64,000 nt of DNA from Batkoa obscura (lineage: Eukaryota). Under the pieces are notes generated by a model, which searched no databases, had not been told where the DNA came from, and saw nothing but the letters and a program-made list of their open reading frames with translations. The position numbers and the translations under genes are program-made. Positions 14,238 through 29,274 of the stretch are shown piece after piece. Location: NCBI GenBank assembly GCA_030770535.1, contig JASVEC010000016.1:930001-994000 (forward strand), written 5' to 3'. The first letter of the stretch is position 1; the number at the start of each line of letters is the position of its first letter.

Positions 14238-14333
14238 AGGGACGTATTTTTATGTTTAAGAATTTTATTAACAATTTTTCCACTCAAATAGTGCTCAAAA
14301 GATAGAAAAAATGAAGTCAAAAAAAACATCCCT
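14238..14333 (-). mobile_element. MITE copy, ATAT TSD
   Basis: atat|agggacg...catccct|atat. Confidence 0.85.
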
Positions 14334-14490
14334 ATATTTAGGTTTCAACTTTGGTTTATTTTTAACATTATACAGCTTTTTCTGTAACTAGAGTATTATC
14401 AGTATTTTACTGTATTAGCACCTTTGGAAGCTTTTTGCCACTGTACCCACAAATCACTTTGAAATTTGAGATTAAAAAATCTCATTATAT

Positions 14491-14588
14491 AAGGATGTGT
14501 TTTTTTGCTTGAGAATTTTATTAATATTCTTTCAACCCAAATAGCGCTTGAAAATAGAAAAAGGGATGAAACTATAAAAAACATCCTC
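14491..14588 (-). mobile_element. MITE copy, ATAT TSD
   Basis: atat|aaggatg...catcctc|atat. Confidence 0.85.
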
Positions 14589-14899
14589 ATATATGTAAAA
14601 TTGCATATATATTTCTGTATGATTTAGTGATATAAATTTAGAACTAAATATTTAGTAAAAAAGTAGATTAAAATTCATAAACTAAATAATAAATTATTCT
14701 CCAGCTGATTTATTAATTTGAAATCGTGCATTTGATATTTATTATAAAACTTGGCTCATGATATAAGAACTTTTGGCCTATAATACACTAATATAAGTCG
14801 TTTTTCCTATATTTAATAAGGATTTGCAATGAACAAAAAAGAGCCTACTACTTTTTTATACAAGATTTATAGCCCAATAGTATTGACAATTTCGGTTAT

Positions 14900-16190
14900 T
14901 GAGGCCTTGTTAGTTATTTTGTTTATGATTGGGATGGGTAAGCGCATACATTAATCTTATTACTGAATCATCTAATTTTAATCATCGGTCTACGACAAAA
15001 GGTTGATAAATTGAGTTTCCCTCTGTTTAAAAATTAGCACTGTTCTATATAGCAGTTGACTACACACTTTGTCTTTGTGGAATTCATATAACTTTGAACA
15101 ACATGGTGGTATATGCGCCTTTATGAGTTGATAGATTTTAGGAATCCTGTTGTAGTATTTTTCTTTAAATGGATGTAACGGGGTCAATCTCCGATCGATT
15201 TTCATCAATGGTATCAAAAGCAATAAAAGAATTGAAATAGCTTATTGGGCAGCCCCAATTATTTTAGCCTTATTGATTTCTAGCTCCTCATTAGTTAAGA
15301 TTGATCTTGTCTTGCATTAGCTGCTTATTCGTGAGTTTTATTGTTAGGCAAATTAAAATATAGTGAATAATATATATGTTATATCGCTGATGCAAAAGGA
15401 GAAGAAATGGGGATGCTTTTTTTAGCTTCATTACTTTTTCCATCTTTTAAGCGCTATTTAAGCCAAAAGATTGTTAGTAAAACTCTTAAATATAAAAATA
15501 CATCCCCAAATCTATGAAGAATACTTAATTTTTTACTGTTCAATTATGGTGATTTTTAGCAATAGTTCACCTTGTTATTATAGTCGCAGCGGTATTATTT
15601 AAACTAAATTGCAGTATAGCTTTTGTAAATTCAAATCTCAATACCTCAGAAGAAGTCGTAGGCATAGTGAAAATTATGAGTTATAAAACGTAAAAACAAG
15701 TAATTTTTTCGTGACAATGAATAACATCACCTATTTAATTTATTATACCCTTTGACTATGATCGTTACTCATTCTAATGAAATACTATTTCAACTTTATT
15801 GCTTTAGTTCCACCAATAGCGAAGCTTTAAATCAACGTACTTTTATTGTTTACTCATGACCAGAGGGACATTCATCTTTTTTGCTTTTTTTTTTGATCCA
15901 GCTATTTACCAAGTTGTCAAAACAGTATACTGCAGGAGTGGGAAAAGATAAAAATCAAATAAAAGGAGCTATTTGTATTTTATGAATAATCTATTTTGTT
16001 TTGTTACCTTTCTGCAAAAAAATAATAATCTAGGATTAAGCCCATCTAATGGACCATTTATCAAAGGTTATTTGAAAAGCGGGAAAGTGATCAATGATAG
16101 TCTAGCCATTGCTAATATGTTAAAATCGTTATGGTTTGAAGCATTAGGTTTCTTCAAAAGTTATATTGTTTTGTATATGTTAAGTTGATA
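14900..16190 (+). pseudogene. 7TM GPCR-like pseudogene 2, divergent from pseudogene 1
   Basis: YDKRLIN*VSLCLKI, ICAFMS**, VNLRSIFIN, RIEIAYWAAPIILALLISS, LLYPLTM, FFFDPAIYQVVK. Multiple stops and a MITE insertion. Confidence 0.6.
15409..15507 (+). mobile_element. MITE copy, AAAT TSD, inside GPCR pseudogene 2
   Basis: aaat|ggggatg...catcccc|aaat. Confidence 0.9.
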
Positions 16191-16649
16191 TATGAAATTA
16201 GTATGCTTTATAAATATAAAGATATTGCCTATAAATATATAGTTATTGAATATTTTTAAATTATTGGTGATAATTATTGTAGAGTTGAGTAAAAATCTGA
16301 GTTTTGACTTTGAAACTTTTCTTTGCTATGCTTCTAAGTTTTATCAATATTGACATTATCGTTCTTTACAACATGTAGTCAAATAACTCAAACAAAAGCA
16401 AGCTTTTAACTTCAACTTTAAAAAACATATTTTTATAGAAATTCGACTGAACAGGACTGCCATAATCACCAGTGTTACATTTCAAATAAGAGCTCATTGC
16501 TATTTAGCTACAGCTGTATCTTTAATAAAACAAAAAGATCTTATAATAAAGCTATAGTTAGCTGAGTAAATAAAACAAAGCTTCAAGTTATATTAATTGT
16601 ATTTTTTATTAGCCTAATAGATATAATTATGTTTTGGAATAAGTTAAAA

Positions 16650-18191
16650 TTAAAGCTTAAAGCGTTTGAAGTAAGCAATTGGATTTTCTACCAAAGACCA
16701 AATGAATAAAATCCAAGAAATCAAAACAAATAAGGTCATTAAAACAACAAGGGACTTACGCCATATATTACTTCTGGAGTTTTCGAGTTTCTGAGTAACT
16801 GGTAATTCATCATGGTGTTTCTCAATCAAATCTCTACGGCGCTTTGCTGGTACATCAAATAGACTAAAGATAAAGCGCCTATTGTAAATTACATAAACAC
16901 AAGCCATTACTAATGATAAGCATGATACAACAAATAACATATCCATGACTAAATAATATTCTCCTCTTGGAGTAATATCTTGGACGTGACCTAAAACTAA
17001 ATGGAAAAGTGCTACACCTACTGATAATCCTACTTTATGAACTCCGATACCAGTACCTACTAATTCAGGAGGCAAAAGCAAAGGTACAGAGGATGTCAAA
17101 GCGACAGGACCAATAGTGAGAGCTAAAGAGAAAAGAGTTAATCCAACATAAATAGAAACTGTACTCCAAGCCAACATTCCGATAGAAATAATGGTAAGCA
17201 TAGCTGAAGCAACAACATAAATTGAACGGTAGCCGAAGAGATCAATAAATCCACCAGATACAGGGGAAAGAACAACTGGTACAATTAAGGAAACAGATGA
17301 AGTCCAAGCTGCAGCTTCTTTAGTCATGAATTCACCGGTCGCTGTTTTACCGTATGTTTTAGATACAAATTCAGCAACAGAACCAAGGAAAGGTGTCCAT
17401 ACTCCACCTAAGAAGAAAATAGTAAAAGGCATGACCCAAAATCCAACTGGTAAATATAAAAGACGTCTAATAGAAAAGCTAGACTTCTTTGCTTTTTCGC
17501 TAATATGCTCGCCACCAGCACGACGTAAGATAAAAGCATAAATTAAAGTAGCAATCCACGAAATACCACAGATACCAACTGAAAGCCAGAGCCCATTACC
17601 ATAAAATTTAGTGCTTTTTGCTAGAGAAGGGACAGTTCCTTGAGCCAAAAAGGAGAAAAGACGAGATGAACCAATTTGTAAACCAATAACAGAAGCCATA
17701 ATACTAGTAGAAAACCATTTCCCTAAGATAGTTTCTTGGGCAACTACAATGATACCAGACCCCAAACCATGAATAATACGACCAACAATAATCATTGGGA
17801 AAGAGTTGACATGTGAAGAAATAGCAATAATAATATTTCCAAGAAGAATCAAAGACGAAGAAAGCACTGAACCAGAAGCTGTTCCAAATCTATCCATAAA
17901 AATACCACCTAATAATGGCATAATAGTATTAATCAAATACACTGCAGATTGAGCAGCACCATATTGAGTGTTATCTAATCCCTGCTCTTTCTTTAAATCT
18001 TCTTTTAAAGAATTGATTGTATTAGTTGCAAAATGGGAACCAGCTGAAAAAAAAATAGCACAGAATAAAGCTAATGCTTTATAAATCCATTTTTTATTAG
18101 AAAGTTGCTTTTCTCTCTCACTATCTGAATCTGTTTTAATATCTAAATCAGCGTTATTGATATTAAATTCTTTTTCTCTGACTTCACTCAT
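16650..18191 (-). CDS. MFS transporter, MFSD1-like
   Basis: 513 aa with ~12 hydrophobic helices. GGIFMDRFG motif A, GRIIHGLGSG, QETILGKWF, GGFIDLFGYR. Confidence 0.88.
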   Translation of the reverse strand: MSEVREKEFNINNADLDIKTDSDSEREKQLSNKKWIYKALALFCAIFFSAGSHFATNTINSLKEDLKKEQGLDNTQYGAAQSAVYLINTIMPLLGGIFMDRFGTASGSVLSSSLILLGNIIIAISSHVNSFPMIIVGRIIHGLGSGIIVVAQETILGKWFSTSIMASVIGLQIGSSRLFSFLAQGTVPSLAKSTKFYGNGLWLSVGICGISWIATLIYAFILRRAGGEHISEKAKKSSFSIRRLLYLPVGFWVMPFTIFFLGGVWTPFLGSVAEFVSKTYGKTATGEFMTKEAAAWTSSVSLIVPVVLSPVSGGFIDLFGYRSIYVVASAMLTIISIGMLAWSTVSIYVGLTLFSLALTIGPVALTSSVPLLLPPELVGTGIGVHKVGLSVGVALFHLVLGHVQDITPRGEYYLVMDMLFVVSCLSLVMACVYVIYNRRFIFSLFDVPAKRRRDLIEKHHDELPVTQKLENSRSNIWRKSLVVLMTLFVLISWILFIWSLVENPIAYFKRFKL

Positions 18192-19802
18192 ATTTTAATA
18201 AAAAAACTAAAGTTAGATTTGAGTTAATGGTTCTGTTCTATTTTATATATTAATTTTCTTATTTAATATTACATCTGATATGAATGACCCTATCTGATAA
18301 AATTAACATTCTTTTTTAATTCTTTGCTTATAAGACAGAATTTCTTTTATTTCTAAAATAAGCTAATCTTCAAATTTACCCACTCATTTTCAAGGATGAT
18401 TTTGGGATTCTGGCCAGAATATTATATAATTTTATAAATGCCTCCAATCAGATCCTTATTAATGCGGTTTCTCTCCAATATTGTTTAAAATTCAAGATTT
18501 TATTAAAAATTTTACTTGTCAGAACACATTATCCACTACCCAACTTAATCAGATAAAATACTACTTTTAGATTAATCTTATCTTATAAATTAACTGTAAT
18601 CTTAACGGATACCTTTATTTTTTAAAAGTAAATTTACAAAGCTAAATGCTTTTGTTTATTCAAATAAAATGGTATTTAATATGTAACAAACTTAACTTTA
18701 AGCAATGAGCTCTAAAGTGAATATTTGAACTCAAAAACAACCCTGTAATTTCTCAAATAACTCCCGGTTGACTAATCTTGAATGTAGTTTTTAAAAAACA
18801 AGCTGTGATGGTTCAATTGAACTGATAATATCAATTACATCACTTAAAAAAGTATAAAATCATTTAAAGCTTAAAAAAGTCTATATCCTTATAGAGGTTA
18901 TTTTATAAGTATTGAGACCTTATAAAAAATAGAGATTAACACATTAATCATATTAAACTCAAGAAACAGCAACAGTTGTCTTCATTAAAATTATCCAGCT
19001 TGTTCAAACATTCCCAAACCTTGAATTAGTAGATTAAATTTACTTCCCTTAAAGGGCAAATTTAATTTAGTTCAAACTGATTTGTTTCTAAAAAATCTCG
19101 TGATGAATTTCAAATCTTCATAAATTTTACTAAATTAACAACTAAAGAATATAAATATATTATATTATTGAGCAGTCTTTTATATCTCCGTAAGCTTGCT
19201 CTATTCTAATAAATATTCAAATTATCTCTTTTTAAAAATAAAATTCCTTAAAAATCGTTTAACGTACCGTTATCTGGCTTCATTGTAAACTATATTGAGA
19301 TGCCTATATTAAAGTTATATTTATTAGGCTTAACTATATATTAAGAAAATAATCCATAAAATTGACAGTTTTAACTCAATATTTAGTATCTTATTTTCAT
19401 CACAGTATAACCCATAGAGTATTAAAATAGTTAAAAGTTATAAAGTATAAAGGTTTTGTTGAACTATTTATAACTATCCTTTATCAATTTTATTAAAACA
19501 ATCATTTTATAAAAAAGTATAAACTTTTTAACTAGTATGCTATATCACAAATAAAAAAAGTTCTTCAAATGTGAATATTCATATTATAGAAGTATTGTAT
19601 TTTTCAAAAATACAAATTATTTTAAAATAATAGTGAACTTTTTGATGACAATATTGTAAAACAATTGGGAGCTGATTGGTCCTTTAAAAGTTTCTAAAGA
19701 AGCAACTTTTGCATTTAATTGATTAAAATAGTTTTAATATTGTACAATGTTCTGATATTAAATTTACATAAACGCAAATAACAACTAAAAACTATAAAAG
19801 AG

Positions 19803-21000
19803 ATGTTTAACTCAAAAACGACTTTGAAGTTCGAACAATTATTCAGTATTCTTCTAGAAGAGAGACATTTCAATTATTAGATCCAACCCAACTACCTTGA
19901 GCTTCGTTTCTTAAGTAAAGATTTGTTAAAATTATCAGCAGAGTTACCATGTATAATTTAATATGGTCAGCCTACAGCTTTCAAGAATATCAATATCACC
20001 AAAAGAAACTTGTTAGAGAAAACGATGTATTGGTAAGCCATATAACTACAAATGGTTATAATATTAGATATTTAAATTGTTATCTAAATATGATGTCTAT
20101 AGATTGTAAAGATGTGCACAATAGTGCTATTGACTATAATAGTAACTATAGTAGTAAAAATGATTATGACAATGACAATGACTATAATTAAGGCTGTGTT
20201 AGTGATAACACCAACGGTGATAATAGCGGTGGTGATAATGATAATGGTGACAATAGCGATACTGACAATTGTAATATAGATAGTGACGATGAAGGTGATA
20301 ATGATAATAAAATAACAATGTTGTTGATGATGATAGTAGTAATAATAAAAAAACAAAGATAAAACTGCTAAAACTAAAAAAAGTATCTATAACTTCTTTA
20401 AACTACATAGAGTTATCTGAATTGCTTGTTCTATTTAAAAATCATTTAAAAATCATCTAAAAATCATTTAAACCAACTTGAGGTATTTGACTATTATCAG
20501 TCTAATGTAAATATTGAAAATATTACTAATTATTTAAACTCAAATAAACTAAAGTGCTAAAATATGTGGATGTTTTTTTTGGCTTCATTATTTTTTCCAT
20601 CTTTTAAGCGCTATTTGAGTGAAAAAATTGTTAGTAAAATTCTTAAGTACAAAAATACATCCCCATGTGTTCTTTCGATAATTTACAACTTAATAAATTA
20701 GATACTATCAAGACAAAGCTTACCAAATTAGAAGTGTTTTCTTAGGACCTTATATCTCTACTAATGCTAATACCAATATTAATTTTGTACATAAGTTAAA
20801 ATTAAAACTTAAAGAGAATTTTAGTTCTACTATTAAGTGTTTTGAGGATTTACAATAATTAAAGAGTGTAGTTATCAATTGATAATGCCAATTGATTTAA
20901 TATTAGCAATGGATGAAGGATATATACTAATTGCAAAAAACTACTCTAATAAAAGATAAGCTTTATATGTTTGTTATAGATTTTTATTTAATATAGATAA
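19803..21000 (+). pseudogene. Probable decayed F-box-like gene with Asp/Asn low-complexity tract
   Basis: TATA at ~19793, then MFNSKTTLKFEQLFSILLEERHFNY*IQPNYLELRFLSKDLLKL, which loosely follows the F-box pattern. GAT/AAT triplet tract at 20130-20345 and a MITE insertion. Confidence 0.35.
20566..20664 (+). mobile_element. MITE copy
   Basis: atat|gtggatg...catcccc|atgt. Confidence 0.88.
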
Positions 21001-21178
21001 TTAAATAAAGGTATTTTTTTTACTTTTTAAATCTGAGATTCTAAACTAATAATAATTTTCTAAAGGTATCAACTTTAAAAGGAATACATAACGGTGAATC
21101 ATCGAATATATTATTACGTTTATTTTTTCACTATTAAATGTCTAACCTGCATATGTCTATAATTTAATTTCTACATAT

Positions 21179-21277
21179 GGGGGTGTTTTTTTTTGATATC
21201 ATTACTTCTTCCATTTTTCAAGTGCTATTTGAGCGGAAAATTCGTTAGTAAAATTCTTAACAAAAAAATACATCCCA
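21179..21277 (+). mobile_element. MITE copy
   Basis: atat|gggggtg...catccca|atgt. Confidence 0.85.
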
Positions 21278-21914
21278 ATGTATTTAAACTATCTTTTTAG
21301 TTTATTAAAATTCATGATTTCAGATTTTGACTTTTTTATATATTTAATTATTATTATTATTATTATTATTGTTATAAATATTAATAATTTATAAATATTT
21401 GTCATTTAAATTTCTTATATTCTAATCTTTTATTTATAATATCAGTAATTAATTTTAATTTAAATAAATATAAATTAAATACTTTTTTAGCTGTATATAA
21501 TATTAATTACCAATTTAATTTTTACTTTAGTTATAAAATATTATTTTATAAGATAACTTTCAATTATATATCGTGCTTTTATGAAAAACATCAAACTGTA
21601 GTATTAAAATACTTTTATAATAGAAAGCTTGCCCAAAAAATTAACTACTTTAAAAATTATCTTCTAGTTTAATATTTTAAAAAACCCTCTAATTTATCAA
21701 CTACTCCGAGAAAACCTATCAATTTAATTTTTTACTCAAATAATTGATTAAACTGCCATAATATTTTGCTTTAGCCTCATTCTTAAGCCTTTCATTATGA
21801 TTATGACCAAGAGTTAATTTCAATTGAACCAATTAAGTCTATTTCCTATCAAAATAAGGAACATGCTTCAGAATACTCAACTTTCATTTTTTTATATTAA
21901 AAAATACATTGAAA

Positions 21915-24900
21915 ATGAAACAACTATTATTATTATTAGTACTATTATTTAGTTATATCATCGCTGAAGATGATAATAGCATTGAGTTAAAAAGCTCAGA
22001 TTTTGATATGATTACTAGTAAAGGCACTTGGTAATTTTTATCTCCCATTTCCATTGTATCCTCTTATCGACTAACCTTTTCATTTTACCTAGGTTTGTGA
22101 AACATTATGTCCCTTGGTGTAAACATTGCAAAAAATTAGCTCCCTTTTGGTCCCAAATGAGTCGAGACTTTGCCTATTTAAGAGAAAAGAGAAAATTTTT
22201 TATGGCACAAATTAACTGTGATAAAGAAGTGGAATTATGTAAACTTCATGACATTGATGCTTATCCAACTTTATTGTTGTATAAAGATGGTGTTTTAATT
22301 GAAGAGTTCTTGGGTGAAGTTAAAGATGATAAGGAATTAAAACCTTATATCCAAAAAATGGCAGAAGAAATGTTTTTAAAAGTAAGTAGAGAGATTTAAT
22401 ATGTTCAAATTTTGGGATTTATCCTTTTATTTAGAATAAGGATACCCCTGTTGAAAATAAGGTACAAATTTGTTATGGAATTGTTGTATTTAGTTATTTA
22501 TCCAGGCTTTTTAGGTAACTAGTGAAAAAAATGTTAGTAATCCATCCGATAAAGACAAGGAGAAAAAGGAGCAGGTAATTAAAACTATTTGTTATTAGAG
22601 AATGTAAATTAATAGTAATTTAGGAAGAGATAGAGAAGAAGGAAAAAGAAGAAAAGGAAAAGGAAAAGGAGGAAAAAGAAAGGAAAGAAAAAGAAGCTAA
22701 AGAGAATAAAGTAAATACCAACTTATTTTAATTTTTGATTATTAACTTTTTGTATTTATTAGGACAGTAAGAAGGAGGATAATAAATCCAAAGAAACTAC
22801 TTTAGAAAATTCAGAGTTCAGTGAAGAGGTAATAGTGATAATATTTTATAAAATTCAATTTATTAATATAACTTTACTTTAGACATTAAAAAAAGACGTT
22901 GGTGTAAATATAATATATTTATAAAAAAGAAAAAAGAATACTAACTTCAATTCTTATAGTTAATGGAAAAACATGAAAAAACATTAAGTCCAGCAGTAAC
23001 AGGTAGTACTTTTGAGCATATACTATCAAAAGGCTATACTTTTGTAAAATACTATGCTCCATGGTGTGGTCATTGTATACATTTCCGTCCTACATGGTTA
23101 AGTTTATCACATGAATTATCCAGTTACAAAAAAAGTAAAAATTTACAAATGGTACAATTTGATTGTGATGCAGAATCAGATTTCTGCAGAGATCATGGGG
23201 TGACCGGATATCCTTCTTTAAAACTTTATAAAGATGGAGAGTTAATTAAAGGATTTACGGAATTCGATCGTAGTTTGAATAATGTCAAAAAATGGTTATT
23301 GCAAACAATTGAAGATGAAGAAAGTGGTAGAATGACAATCAAAAAAGAAAATAAAGAAAAAGGAAGTATTCCAGTTGAAATTCAAAATGTTTTAAAAATT
23401 GACGAAAAATCTGAAGAGAATATTAATAATGGAGCTTGGTAAGTTTTTTTAAATTAATTCATAAATATATATGTATAATAGATATTTATGTTTGTTTTTA
23501 TTATTATTTAGGTTTGTAGCTTTTATTCTTAAAAAAGGAGAAAATGATATCGATCCATTTGATGAAAAATGGGGAGTATTGGCACAGGAATTTGAAAAAT
23601 TTAAAGATAATTATAACACTCAATTAGCTTATGTAGATTGTGGAGTTGATTATGAATTATGTAAAAAGTATAAAGTTAAAGCACAAGTTGAAATTAAGCT
23701 ATATTTAAATGGTAATTGGGTAGAAAATTATAGCAATAGTGAATTTGATATGGAAAGTATTCGAGTATATATTCGAGAAAAAACGAGTTTAATTTCTCAA
23801 AATAAATTATTTGCCAATTATTATTTTAAAAATGAAAGAATTAGTAATCCAGATGGTAAATTGATGGAATTAAATAGTGAAAATTATGAATTATTAGTAC
23901 CAACTGGTAATTACTTTATATTATTTAAAACAGCCAGTTGTATTAAATGTAAAGCAATTCATTCAATTTTGCAAGAGTTGGCACCTGATTTTGTTAATTC
24001 GGTAAATTTGGCAACAATTTATTGTGATAAAAATCATGAGTTATGTCAAAAATTAAAAGTTGAAAAATATCCAAAATTAAAATATTTTAAAGATGGGAAC
24101 CCAAGAGATTATCATGGACTTCCTAATAAAGAGGCTATCAATTCATTCATTATTAGTTCTAGAAAGTAAGTTATTATTTAATATTAATGATTTATTTATT
24201 TATTTTTATAGACCAGTTATTCGTATTGTTAATGATAAACAAATGGAAAATTTATTGAAAGTCAAACAAAATAAATTATGGTTGTTTATCTATGAAACAG
24301 AACAACATATACAAAAATTAAAATCATTTGTAAAAGAAGAATACTTGGAACAAAATATATATTTAATGAAGAAATCGGATGCTAAAAATTACCCACAAAT
24401 TGAAGCAGGGGATTTAAAATTATTTTCAGATGGTAAAATGGTTGAAAATAATTCTCAATCTACTTCAATTAAACAACAATTATCACAAGCTCAATTTCAA
24501 TCATTAATTAAATTAGATCATAATAATATAGATATATTTATGAAAAAATATGAATATATTTGTTTAAGTATATTAAAAGAAGAAAATGATTTAGAAATTA
24601 ATATGTTAAATGAAATTGTTGAAGAAAAGAAAGATCAGGATGGAAGATTAGGTTTTGGTTACTTAAATGGTCTTGAATTTTCAGAATATGTTAAAAGAGT
24701 TTATGGCAAAAATTCAGAAGATTTACCCTTTTATGTCATTACTAAACCAGAAACTTCCATTGTTTTTGATAAAGATATTGAACAACATGAATTTAAATTT
24801 GAAAAAGAGAACATTTTAAAGAATATTGATGATGCTTTAAACAATAAACTAACTTCTCATTCTACCATCTCTTCTTCTTCTATCTCTCCTATTTGGTGGG

Positions 24901-25001
24901 TATTATTAATAGTCATTTTAATTGGCGTATTTTTATTTTGGGTTAAAAAGAAGAAGGGAGGTGATGATGAGGCTGAAAGAAAGATGTTAAATCAAGACTA
25001 A
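21915..25001 (+). CDS. Multi-thioredoxin-domain ER membrane protein (PDI family, EPS1/TXNDC5-like), multi-exon
   Basis: Signal peptide. Thioredoxin domains with WCKHC, WCGHC, one lacking CxxC, and CIKC. K/E-rich linker built from short exons; C-terminal TM followed by KKKK. Confidence 0.85.
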
Positions 25002-25172
25002 ATAAATATAACGTTGTCAAATTAAAGCTTATCTATTATTTATTTATTATTTATTATTTATCATTATTTTGAGTTTAAAATTACAAATTAATGAAAATGC
25101 AAATAATGATAATTCAAGTATAATTAATTGATGGAATTTAGTCCAATACAACTACTAGGAAAATTAAAATAT

Positions 25173-25270
25173 GGGGATGTATTTTTGTGTTTAAGGATTT
25201 TGCTAACAATTTTTCCGCTCAAATAGAGCTTAAAAAATGGAAAAAGTAATGAAAACAAAAAAACATCCTT
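25173..25270 (-). mobile_element. MITE copy, ATAT TSD
   Basis: atat|ggggatg...catcctt|atat. Confidence 0.88.
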
Positions 25271-25407
25271 ATATATTAAATTCAATAATATTTCCTTTCT
25301 TACATTTTATTACATAATGAATTTTATAAAGAATAGCTTATTAATTAAATTAGTAAAATTAATAAAAAAACTAGAAATTAGTATGGCACTAAGTTTATAA
25401 TAATAAG

Positions 25408-25451
25408 AAAACTAAACTAAACTAACTAAACTAAACTAAACTAAACTAAAC
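25408..25451. repeat. (CTAAA)n pentanucleotide microsatellite
   Basis: Direct reading of the sequence. Confidence 0.8.
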
Positions 25452-25826
25452 AATAAGTTAATATTGATAATACTCATTAAGTTAATAGTTTAATTAATTA
25501 GAAATAATCAATAATTAATAAACACAATATTTAATTTAAAGAATCTAGATTAATAAAATGGAATCCCTAATTTAATGAACCATATTCATCATAAAACGCT
25601 CCATCTAAATTCCGGCTATAATTCCCAATTCAATATGAATAGGCTAAATAAATCTACCTTAATAATAAGAATTTTGGATTACTAACCAAAATTTTATGAT
25701 GTAATTGTCCAACATAGCCTAATCTTTTTTCTTATCTGATTGGTTGAAAATTGAATTTTTCGATCTATCACTATAGAACACAATAAATTGAGCAAAATCG
25801 ACGATTATAAAAAGCAAATCCATTTA

Positions 25827-27174
<1,348 letters not shown>

Positions 27175-27377
27175 ATTTAACTTTACTTTTTAAATGAGTT
27201 CGATTTCGTTTAATAAAAACAGACTAAAAATATTTTTTTATTTTATAATTTAAATTTAAACACATCCATCTATTTCTGATTTTCTATTTTTACAATAATT
27301 TTCATATTTTATTACAAATAAAAATAATAAATTTTTTACTATATTCTTTTAATAAAACAAACTCATATATATCCTGT

Positions 27378-29274
27378 CTAATCTTGAGGTTCATGTTCAA
27401 TATCTGGTAATTTTTCATTTTTGATTTTCTCTTGATTTACCAAATTTTCATTATAACCTTCAGTAACTGGAACATGACCCATACGAATAGAAGTTTCAAT
27501 AAAATCAGTTAATCTTAATTCTCTCGGTTTTAATTGCATTTCATCCATATCGTTATTTTCATTATGTTCAAAATTCATTTGTCGCATACATTCACGAATA
27601 GGTAACATAGAAGTTTCTCGACACAATTCTTTTAAATCACTACCTAACAGAAGAGAGGGGAATTAGGATTGAGTGGGTTAAATAGAACTTAATCAATTTA
27701 CCTGTTTGTCCAAATGTTAATTGTGCTAATGCATTAAAATCAAAATCAGGTTCTAAAATGGAATCTTTTAAAAACTATAAAAATATTAGTAACTGTTATT
27801 GAGATAGAAATAAATTATAATTAATTTACTAATTTCAAAATTTGAAGTCGCTGAGCTTCTGTGGGTGGTGATATATTAAATCTTTTTGGCATACGTCTTA
27901 AAATAGCTTGATCTGGTAGTTACAAATTAATTAATTATAATCCCTTATATATTAAATATCGACATAGTTATTTACCAATATCAAAAGGTCGATTAGTAGC
28001 ACCAAGTACCTAAAAAAGGGTTTTATTACCCAACTATAATCAAAACTTTAATTCAGCTTACAATGATTCGATTGTTTTCACCCGAAGTAAGACCATCCCA
28101 TAAACTAATTAAGAAATAGTATATAATTAAAAAAAGAATTTAACAATCTCATTCATCTACTTACGTCATAAACTCCGCTTTCATAGTACCCGTCACTTCA
28201 TGATCATTGGACCTCCTTTCTCTTAAAAAGGAATCAATTTCATCAATGAATACAATACATGGTTGCATCTTATGAGCTAAAGAAAATAAAGCAGAAACTA
28301 ATTTATTTGATTCCCCATACTTTATAAAATTTTAAAAAAAGATAAATTATTAATAATCATTAAATAAAGCAATAAATTTACCCATTTATCCGTTAATGTA
28401 GATACTCTCATATTGATAAAAGCTGCCCCTGATTCTTTAGCTAAACATTTAGCTAACATTGTTTTTCCACAGCCTTAATTCAATTGTGTTAAATATAGAT
28501 TTTTAAGCAATTCATATACTCCTCTCTATTTTAAAGATAAAAAACTTACCAGGAGGTCCATATAATAATACCCCTTTTGGTGGTGTAACAAGTCCATTAG
28601 TATCACTGAATAACTTTGGAAATTTTAAGGGATAAATAACCGTTTCTTTTAATTCAGTAACAATAGAATCCAAACCTAAAATTATGATTTAGAATGTTAT
28701 TACTTTCACTATTTATATTGCTGTTAATTAGCTATAACATTAATTTTACCTCCAATATCTAAAAAATGGAAATAAAATTAGTTTGTTTTTGATTGATTCT
28801 GTAAAAAAAATATTATTTTACCTTTAAAATTCACTGGAATTTCATCTGAATGCACTAATTCGGTGGCTATGATTTGTTCATAATCAGTCAATTCTAAATC
28901 TTTTCTCTATTATAAAAAATTAGCAACCAAATACTTAATTAACCTTTTTCTCCTGTTCTCTATCCTCTATTCTCTCTTTTTCTTTTTTTAAAAAAAGTAA
29001 TGTAATATCAAAATAAACAAATAATTCATTTACTTACCCCATATTTATCTAATAATTTTTCAGCTTTTGATTTGGCTAACTTTTTCTTTTCATTCGAAGG
29101 ATCTAAACTAGCCATTACGTATTTTATTCCATAATAAAAAATGACTTGAGAAACTAAGAAGATAGCCACTGTATTTTTTTAATAAAACAATATTAATAAT
29201 TTATTGCAGCTTAAGATGTTAAATTCGTTTTAATTTTTACCTTCCGTTATATATTTGCCTTTACTTGGTTGCAT
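27378..29274 (-). CDS. MSP1: Msp1/ATAD1 membrane-anchored AAA ATPase, many small exons
   Basis: N-terminal TM ([17 protein letters not shown]), [58 protein letters not shown]. Confidence 0.92.

Noticed and set aside
13460..15223. Homologous small ORFs 13460(+) and 14990(-) as a novel small-protein family
   Set aside because: They are antisense frames of GPCR pseudogenes.
19949..20356. ORFs 19949(+) and 20084(-)
   Set aside because: Low-complexity GAT/AAT triplet tract within a probable pseudogene.
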